A stretch of 64,000 nucleotides of DNA from the human T2T-CHM13v2.0 reference genome, Homo sapiens. The stretch's first letter is position 1; each line of letters starts with the position of its first letter. Below the pieces are notes generated by a model, which searched no databases, was not told where the DNA came from, and saw only the letters and a program-made list of their open reading frames with translations. Positions 55,601-64,000 of the stretch are shown here, one piece after another. The translations under genes and the position numbers were made by a program. The stretch is from assembly GCF_009914755.1 (NCBI RefSeq), contig NC_060940.1; one strand, 5' to 3'.

Positions 55601-58600
55601 CGTTCAACTCACAGAGTTTAACCTTTCTTTTCACAGAGCAGTTAGGAAACACTCTGTTTGTGAAGCCTGCCAGTGGATATTCGGACCTCTTTCAGGCCTT
55701 CGTTGGAAACGGGATTTCTTCATATTATGCTAGACAGAAGATTTCTCAGTAACTTCTTTGTGTTGTGTGTATGCAACTCACAGAGTTCAACCTTCCTTTA
55801 GACAGAGCAGATTTGAAACACTCTTTTTGTGGAATTTGCAAGTGGAGATTTCAAGCCCTTCGATGCCAATGGTAGAAAAGGAAATATCTTCGTATAAAAA
55901 CAAGACAAACTCGTTCCCAGACACTGCGTAGTGATGTGTGTGTTTAACTCACAGAGTTTAACCTTTCTTTTCATACAGCATTCTGGAAACCCTCTGTTTG
56001 TAAAGTCTGCAAGTGGATATTTGGACCTCTTAGATGCCTTCGTTGGGAACGGGATTTCTTCATATAATGCTAGAGGGAAGAATTCTTAGTAACTTCTTTG
56101 TGTTGTGTGTATTCAACTGACAGAGTTGAACCTTCCTTTAGACAGAGCAGATTTGAAAGTCTCTTTTTGTGGAATTTGCAAGTGGAGATTTCAAGCGCTT
56201 TGAGGCCAAAAGCAGAAAAGGAAATATTTTCCTATAAAAACTAGACAGAATCTTTCTCAGAAACTGCTCTGGGATGTGTGCGTTCAACTCACAGAGTTTA
56301 ACTATTCTTTCCATTCAGCAGTTTGGAAACACTCTGTTTGGAAAGTCTGCACGTGGATATTTTGACCTCTTTGAGGCCTTCGTTGGAAACGGGTTTTTTT
56401 CATGTAAGGCTAGACAGAAGAAATCTCAGTAACTTCCTTGTGTTGTGTGTATTCAACTGACAGAGTTGAACCTTCCTTTAGACAGAGCAGATTCGAAACA
56501 CTCTTTTTCTGCAATTTGCAAGTGGAGACTTCAAGCGCTTTGAGGCCAAAGGCAGAAAAGGAAATATCTTCGTATAAAAACCCGACAGAATCATTCTCAG
56601 AAACTGCTCTGTGATGTGTGCGTTCAACTCACAGAGTTTAACTTTTCTTTTCATTCAGCAGTTTGGAAACACTCTGTTTGTAAAGTCTGCAAGTGGATAT
56701 CTTGGCCTCTTAGAGGCCTTCGTTGGAAACGGGTTTTTTCATGTAAGGTTAGACAGAGGAATTCCCAGTAACTTCCTTGTGTTGTGTGCATTCAACTCAC
56801 AGAGTTGAATGATTCTTTACACAGAGCAGATTTGAGACACTCTTTTGGTGGAATTTGTAAGTGGAGAATTCAGCCGCTTTGAGGTCAACGGTAGAAAAGG
56901 AAATATCTTCGTATAAAAACTAGACAGAATGATTCTCAGAAACTGTTTTGTGATGTGTGCGTTCAACTCACAGAGTTTAACCTTTCTTTTCAGAGAGCAG
57001 TTAGGAAACACTCTGTTTGTAAAGTCTGCAAGCGGATATTCAGACCTCTTTGAGGCCTTCGTTGGAAACGGGATTTCTTCATATTATGCTAGACAGATGA
57101 ATTCTCAGTAACTTCCTTGTGTTGTGTGTATTCAACTCACAGAGTTGAACGATCCTTTACACAGAGCAGATTTGAAACACTGTTTTTCTGGAATTTGCAA
57201 GTGGAGATTTCAGCCGCTTTGAGGTCAATGGTAGAAAAGGAAATATCTTCGTATAAAACCTAGACAGAATGATTCTCAGAAACTCCTTTGTGATGTGTGC
57301 GTTCAACTCACAGAGTTTAACCTTTCTTTTCACAGAGCAGTTAGGAAACACTCTGTTTGTGAAGCCTGCCAGGGGATATTCGGACCTCTTTGAGGCCTTC
57401 GTTGGAAACGGGATTTCTTCATATTATGCTAGACAGAAGATTTCTCAGTAACTTCTTTGTGTTGTGTGTATGCAACTCACAGAGTTCAACCTTCCTTTAG
57501 ACAGAGCAGATTTGAAACACTCTTTTTGTGGAATTTGCAAGTGGAGATTTCAAGCGCTTCGATGCCAATGGTAGAAAAGGAAATATCTTCGTATAAAAAC
57601 AAGACAAACTCGTTCCCAGACACTGCGTAGTGATGTGTGTGTTTAACTCACAGAGTTTAACCTTTCTTTTCATACAGCATTCTGGAAACCCTCTGTTTGT
57701 AAAGTCTGCAAGTGGATATTTGGACCTCTTAGATGCCTTCGTTGGAAACGGGATTTCTTCATATAATGCTAGAGGGAAGAATTCTTAGTAACTTATTTGT
57801 GTTGTGTGTATTCAACTGACAGAGTTGAACCTTCCTTTAGAGAGAGCAGATTTGAAAGTCTCTTTTTGTGGAATTTGCAAGTGGAGATTTCAAGCGCTTT
57901 GAGGCCAAAAGCAGAAAAGGAAATATTTTCCTATAAAAACTAGAGAGAATCATTCTCAGAAACTGCTCTGTGATGTGTGTGTTCAACTCACAGAGTTTAA
58001 CTTTCTTTTCATTCAGCAGTTTGGAAACACTCTGTTTGGAAAGACTGCACGTGGATATTTTGACCTCTTTGAGGCCTTCGTTGGAAACGGGTTTTTTTCA
58101 TGTAAGGCTAGACAGAAGATATCTCAGTAACTTCCTTGTGTTGTGTGTATTCAACTGACAGAGTTGAACCTTCCTTTAGACAGAGCAGATTCGAAACGCT
58201 CTTTTTCTGCAATTTGCAAGTGGAGACTTCAAGCGCTTTGAGGCCAAAGGCAGAAAAGGAAATATCTTCGTATAAAAACCCGACAGAATCATTCTCAGAA
58301 ACTGCTCTGTGATGTGTGCGTTCAACTCACAGAGTTTAACTTTTCTTTTCATTCAGCAGTTTGGAAACACTCTGTTTGTAAAGTCTGCAAGTGGATATCT
58401 TGGCCTCTTAGAGGCCTTCGTTGGAAACGCGTTTTTTCATGTAAGGTTAGACAGAGGAATTCCCAGTAACTTCCTTGTGTTGTGTGCATTCAACTCACAG
58501 AGTTGAATGATTCTTTACACAGAGCAGATTTGAGACACTCTTTTGGTGGAATTTGTAAGTGTAGAATTCAGCTGCTTTGAGGTCAACGGTAGAAAAGGAA

Positions 58601-61600
58601 ATATCTTCGTATAAAAACTAGACAGAATGATTCTCAGAAACTGTTTTGTGATGTGTGCGTTCAACTCACAGAGTTTAACCTTTCTTTTCAAAGAGCAGTT
58701 AGGAAACACTCTGTTTGTAAAGTCTGCAAGTGGATATTCAGACCTCTTTGAAGCCTTCGTTGGAAACGGGATTTCATCATATTATGCTAGACAGATGAAT
58801 TCTCAGTAACTTCCTTGTGCTGTGTGTATTCAACTCACAGAGTTTAACGATCCTTTACACAGAGCAGATTTGAAACACTGTTTTTCTGGAATTTGCAAGT
58901 GGAGATTTCAGCCGCTTTGAGGTCAATGGTAGAAAAGGAAATATCTTCGTATAAAAACTGGACAGAATGATTCTCAGAAACTCCTTTGTGATGTGTGCGT
59001 TCAACTCACAGAGTTTAACCTTTCTTTTCACAGAGCAGTTAGGAAACACTCTGTTTGTGAAGCCTGCCAGTGGATATTCGGACCTCTTTGAGGCCTTCGT
59101 TGGAAACGGGATTTCTTCATATTTTGCTAGACAGAAGATTTCTCAGTAACTTCTTTGTGTTGTGTGTATGCAACTCACAGAGTTCAACCTTCCTTTAGAC
59201 AGAGCAGATTTGAAACACTCTTTTTGTGGAATTTGCAAGTGGAAATTTCAAGCGCATCGATGCCAATGGTAGAAAAGGAAATATCTTCGTATAAAAACAA
59301 GACAAACTCGTTCCCAGACACTGCGTAGTGATGTGTGTGTTTAACTCACAGAGTTTAACCTTTCTTTTCATACAGCATTCTGGAAACCCTCTGTTTGTAA
59401 AGTCTGCAAGTGGATATTTGGACCTCTTAGATGCCTTCGTTGGAAACGGGATTTCCTCATATAATGCTAGAGGGAAGAATTCTTAGTAACTTCTTTGTGT
59501 TGTGTGTATTCAACTGACAGAGTTGAACCTTCCTTTAGACAGAGCAGATTTGAAAGTCTCTTTTTGTGGAATTTGCAAGTGGAGATTTCAAGCGCTTTGA
59601 GGCCAAAAGCAGAAAAGGAAATATTTTCTAATAAAAACTAGACAGAATCTTTCTCAGAAACTGCTCTGGGATGTGTGCGTTCAACTCACAGAGTTTAACT
59701 TTTCTTTTCATTCAGCAGTTTGGAAACACTCTGCTTGGAAAGTCTGCACGTGGATATTTTGACCTCTTTGAGGCCTTCGTTGGAAACGGGTTTTTTTCAT
59801 GTAAGGCTAGACAGAAGAAATCTCAGTAACTTCCTTGTGTTGTGTGTATTCAACTGACAGAGTTGAACCTTCCTTTAGACAGAGCAGATTCGAAACACTC
59901 TTTTTCTGCAATTTGCAAGTGGAGACTTCAAGCGCTTTGAGGCCAAAGGCAGAAAAGGAAATATCTTCGTAGAAAAACCCGACAGAATCATTCTCAGAAA
60001 CTGCTCTGTGATGTGTGCCTTCAACTCACAGAGTTTAACTTTTCTTTTCATTCAGCAGTTTGGAAACACTCTGTTTGTAAAGTCTGCAAGTGGATATCTT
60101 GGCCTCTTAGAGGCCTTCGTTGGAAACGGGTTTTTTCATTTAAGGTTAGACAGAGGAATTCCCAGTAACTTCCTTGTGTTGTGTGCATTCAACTCACAGA
60201 GTTGAATGATTCTTTACACAGAGCAGATTTGAGACACTCTTTGGGTGGAATTTGTAAGTGGAGAATTCAGCCGCTTTGAGGTCAACGGTAGAAAAGGAAA
60301 TATCTTCGTATAAAAACTAGACAGAATGATTCTCAGAAACTGTTTTGTGATGTGTGCGTTCAACTCACAGAGTTTAAACTTTCTTTTCAGAGAGCAGTTA
60401 GGAAACACTCTGTTTGTAAAGTCTGCAAGTGGATATTCAGACCTCTTTGAGGCCTTCGTTGGAAACGGGATTTCTTCATATTATGCTAGACAGATGAATT
60501 CTCAGTAACTTCCTTGTGTTGTGTGTATTCAACTCACAGAGTTGAACGATCCTTTACACAGAGCAGATTTGAAACACTGTTTTTCTGGAATTTGCAAGTG
60601 GAGATTTCAGCCGCTTTGAGGTCAATGGTAGAAAAGGAAATATCTTCGTATAAAAACTAGACAGAATGATTCTCAGAAACTCCTTTGTGATGTGTGCGTT
60701 CAACTCACAGAGTTTAACCTTTCTTTTCACAGAGCAGTTAGGAAACACTCTGTTTGTGAAGCCTGCCAGTGGATATTCGGACCTCTTTGAGGCCTTCGTT
60801 GGAAACGGGATTTCTTCATATTATGCTAGACAGAAGATTTCTCAGTAACTTCTTTGTGTTGTGTGTATGCAACTCACAGAGTTCAACCTTCCTTTAGACA
60901 GAGCAGATTTGAAACACTCTTTTTGTGGAATTTGCAAGTGGAGATTTCAAGCGCTTCGATGCCAATGGTAGAAAAGGAAATATCTTCGTATAAAAACAAG
61001 ACAAACTCGTTCCCAGACACTGCGTAGTGATGTGTGTGTTTAACTCACAGAGTTTAACCTTTCTTTTCATACAGCATTCTGGAAACCCTCTGTTTGTAAA
61101 GTCTGCAAGTGGATATTTGGACCTCTTAGATGCCTTCGTTGGGAACGGGATTTCTTCATATAATGCTAGAGGGAAGAATTCTTAGTAACTTCTTTGTGTT
61201 GTGTGTATTCAACTGACAGAGTTGAACCTTCCTTTAGACAGAGCAGATTTGAAAGTCTCTTTTTGTGGAATTTGCAAGTGGAGATTTCAAGCGCTTTGAG
61301 GCCAAAAGCAGAAAAGGAAATATTTTCCTATAAAAACTAGACAGAATCTTTCTCAGAAACTGCTCTGGGATGTGTGCGTTCAACTCACAGAGTTTAACTA
61401 TTCTTTCCATTCAGCAGTTTGGAAACACTCTGTTTGGAAAGTCTGCACGTGGATATTTTGACCTCTTTGAGGCCTTCGTTGGAAACGGGTTTTTTTCATG
61501 TAAGGCTAGACAGAAGAAATCTCAGTAACTTCCTTGTGTTGTGTGTATTCAACTGACAGAGTTGAACCTTCCTTTAGACAGAGCAGATTCGAAACACTCT

Positions 61601-61912
61601 TTTTCTGCAATTTGCAAGTGGAGACTTCAAGCGCTTTGAGGCCAAAGGCAGAAAAGGAAATATCTTCGTATAAAAACCCGACAGAATCATTCTCAGAAAC
61701 TGCTCTGTGATGTGTGCGTTCAACTCACAGAGTTTAACTTTTCTTTTCATTCAGCAGTTTGGAAACACTCTGTTTGTAAAGTCTGCAAGTGGATATCTTG
61801 GCCTCTTAGAGGCCTTCGTTGGAAACGGGTTTTTTCATGTAAGGTTAGACAGAGGAATTCCCAGTAACTTCCTTGTGTTGTGTGCATTCAACTCACAGAG
61901 TTGAATGATTCT
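46625..61912 (+). repeat. Three tandem copies of a 5096 bp three-HOR block (46625, 51721, 56817)
   Basis: Unit lengths 1698,1699,1699 occur three times. Private variants (gccagggga, aaagactgc, aaacgcgt, aagtgtagaa, ttctaataa, ctgcttgg, cgttgggaac, actattcttt) recur at an exact 5096 bp period. Confidence 0.92.
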
Positions 61913-63947
61913 TTACACAGAGCAGATTTGAGACACTCTTTTGGTGGAATTTGTAAGTGGAGAATTCAGCCGATTTGAGGTCAATGGTACAAAAGGAAAT
62001 ATCTTCGTATAAAAACTAGACAGAATGATTCTCAGAAACTGTTTTGTGATGTGTGCGTTCAACTCACAGAGTTTAACCTTTCTTTTCAAAGAGCAGTTAG
62101 GAAACACTCTGTTTGTAAAGTCTGCAAGTGGATATTCATACCTCTTTGAGGCGTTCTTTGGAAACGGGATTTCTTCATATTATGCTAGACAGAAGAATTC
62201 TCAGTAACTTCCTTGTGTTGTGTGTATTCAACTCACAGAGTTGAACGATCCTTTACACAGAGCAGATTTGAAACACTCTTTTTCTGGAATTTGCAAGTGG
62301 AGATTTCAGCCGCTTTGTGGTCAATGGTAGAAAAGGAAATATCTTCATATAAAAACTAGACAGAATGATTCTCAGAAACTCCTTTGTGATGTGTGCGTTC
62401 AACTCACAGAGTTTAACCTTTCTTTTCACAGAGCAGTTAGGAAACACTCTGTTTGTAAAGTCTGCAAGTGGATATTCAGACCTCTTTGAGGCCTTCGTTG
62501 GAAACGGGATTTCTTCATGTTATGCTAGACAGAAGAATTCTCAGTAACTTCCTTGTGTTGTGTGTATTCAACTCACAGGGTTGAACGATCCTTTACACAG
62601 AGCAGATTTGAAACACTCTTTTTCTGGAATTTGCAAGTGGAGATTTCAGCCGCTTTGAGGTCAATGGTAGAAAAGGAAATATCTTCGTATAAAAAGTAGA
62701 CAGAATGATTCTCAGAAACTCCTTTGTGATGTGTGCGTTCAACTCACAGAGTTTAACCTTTCTTTTCACAGAGCAGTTAGGAAACACTCTGTTTGTGAAG
62801 TCTGCCAGTGGATATTCGGACCTCTTTGAGGCCTTCCTTGGAAACGGGATTTCTTCATATTATGCTAGACAGATTTCTCAGTAACTACTTTGTGTTATGT
62901 GTATGCAACTCACAGAGTTCATCCTTCCTTTAGACAGAGCAGATTTGAAACACTCTTTTTGTGGAATTTGCAAGTGGAGATTTCAAGCGCTTCGACGCCA
63001 ATGGTCGAAAAGGAAATATCTTCGTATAAAAACAAGACAAAATCATTCCCAGAAACTGCGTAGTGATGTGTGTGTTTAACTCACAGAGTTTCACCTTTCT
63101 TTTCATACAGAATTCTGGAAACCCTCTGTTTGTAAAGTCTGCAAGTGTATATTTGGACCTCTTAGATGCCTTCGTTGGAAACGGGATTTCGTCATATAAT
63201 GGTAGAGGGAAGAATTCTCAGTAACTTCTTTGTGTTGTCTGTATTCAACTGACAGAGTTGAACCTTCCTTTAGACAGAGCAGATTTGAAAGTCTCTTTTT
63301 GTGGAATTTGCAAGTGGAGATTTCAAGCGCTTTGAGGCCAAAAGCAGAAAAGGAAATATTTTCCTATAAAAACTAGACAGAATCATTCTCAGAAACTGCT
63401 CTGTGATGTGTGCGTTCAACTCACACAGTTTAACTTTTCTTTTCATTCAGCAGTTTGGAAACACTCTGTTTGGAAAGTCTGCACGTGGATATTTTGACCT
63501 CTTTGAGGCCTTCGTTGGAAACGGGTTTTATCATGTAAGGCTAGACAGAGGAAATCTCAGTAACTTCCTTGTGTTGTGTGTATTCAACTGACAGGGTTGA
63601 ACCTTCCTTTAGACAGAGCAGATTCGAAACACTCTTTTTCTGCAATTTGCAAGTGGAGACTTCAAGCGCTTTGAGGCCAAAGGCAGAAAAGGAAATATCT
63701 TCGTATAAAAACCCGACAGAATCATTCTCAGAAACTGCTCTGTGATGTGTGCGTTCAACTCACAGAGTTTAACTTTTCTTTTCATTCAGCAGTTTGGAAA
63801 CACTCTGTTTGTAAAGTCTGCAAGTGGATATCTTGGCCTCTTAGAGGCCTTCATTGGAAACGGGTTTTTTCATGTAAGGTTAGACAGAGGAATTCCCAGT
63901 AACTTCCTTGTGTTGTGTGCATTCAACTCACAGAGTTGAATGATTCT
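61913..63947 (+). repeat. 12-mer structural-variant HOR, second copy (2035 bp)
   Basis: Markers at 62253 and 62593. It shares gcgttctttgg, ttgtggtc, ttcatataa, cacagggttg, aaaagtagac and ccttccttgg with 44589-46624. Confidence 0.92.
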
Positions 63948-64000
63948 TTACACAGAGCAGATTTGAGACACTCTTTTGGTGGAATTTGTTAGTGGAGAAT

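Larger units (their letters stand above)
1..64000 (+). repeat. Alpha-satellite higher-order repeat array (SF1-type dimeric, 10-mer ~1.7 kb HOR; probably human chr16 D16Z2 / S1C16H1L)
   Basis: Continuous ~170 bp monomers carry typical alphoid motifs (ttctcagaaact..gtgatgtgtgcgttcaactcacagagtttaac; tgcaagtggatatt; ctagacagaa), with a CENP-B box every ~340 bp. The same marker recurs at 145, 1844, 3541, 5241, 6939, 8637... (1693-1700 bp spacing). The alpha-satellite call is firm. The chromosome assignment is inferred from the SF1-like dimer plus 10-mer length and is less certain (about 0.75). Confidence 0.98.

Noticed and set aside
145-63939. Many 60-89 aa ORFs on both strands (MFPNCS..., MILRN..., MMCAFNSQ...)
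   Set aside because: They recur with the satellite period, are short, often use non-ATG starts, and appear or vanish with single indels. They are the usual chance translations of alpha satellite, and database hits to such peptides would most likely be spurious annotations.
1-64000. CRISPR-like array (conserved 17 bp motif at regular spacing)
   Set aside because: The intervening sequences are themselves repeats, not unique spacers. The period is 340 bp, there are no cas genes, and the motif is the CENP-B box.
1-64000. A previously undescribed gene system or mobile element hidden in the array
   Set aside because: HOR marker spacings account for the whole window as 8-, 10- or 12-mers, leaving no room for an insertion beyond a few bases. 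I saw no L1, Alu, poly-A tail or target-site duplication.
1-64000. Inversion or strand switch
   Set aside because: CENP-B boxes read in the same orientation throughout, and each ORF family stays on one strand.

Overview
The whole 64 kb window is primate (most likely human) centromeric alpha-satellite DNA, in one orientation and with no visible transposon insertion or unique sequence. The ~170 bp monomers alternate as A/B dimers (~340 bp), with a CENP-B box (CTTCGTTGGAAACGGGA/T) in every second monomer. They are organised into a ~1.70 kb 10-monomer higher-order repeat (HOR). The dimer is of suprachromosomal family 1 (SF1) type, and an SF1 10-mer best fits the chromosome 16 array D16Z2 (S1C16H1L); this assignment is from recall and was not searched. 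Using one recurring marker, I count 38 complete HOR units between 145 and 63947: 32 canonical 10-mers, four 8-mers and two 12-mers. All listed ORFs are short frames recurring with the repeat and are not genes. I found no new gene system. The real signal is the layered history of the array: a 14.58 kb tandem duplication, a 5096 bp three-HOR block in triplicate, two adjacent 8-mer deletions with different breakpoints, a divergent HOR haplotype present in both 8-mer and 12-mer forms, mosaic units, and an uneven distribution of disrupted CENP-B boxes. All counts were made by eye or from ORF-track coordinates and need confirming by alignment.
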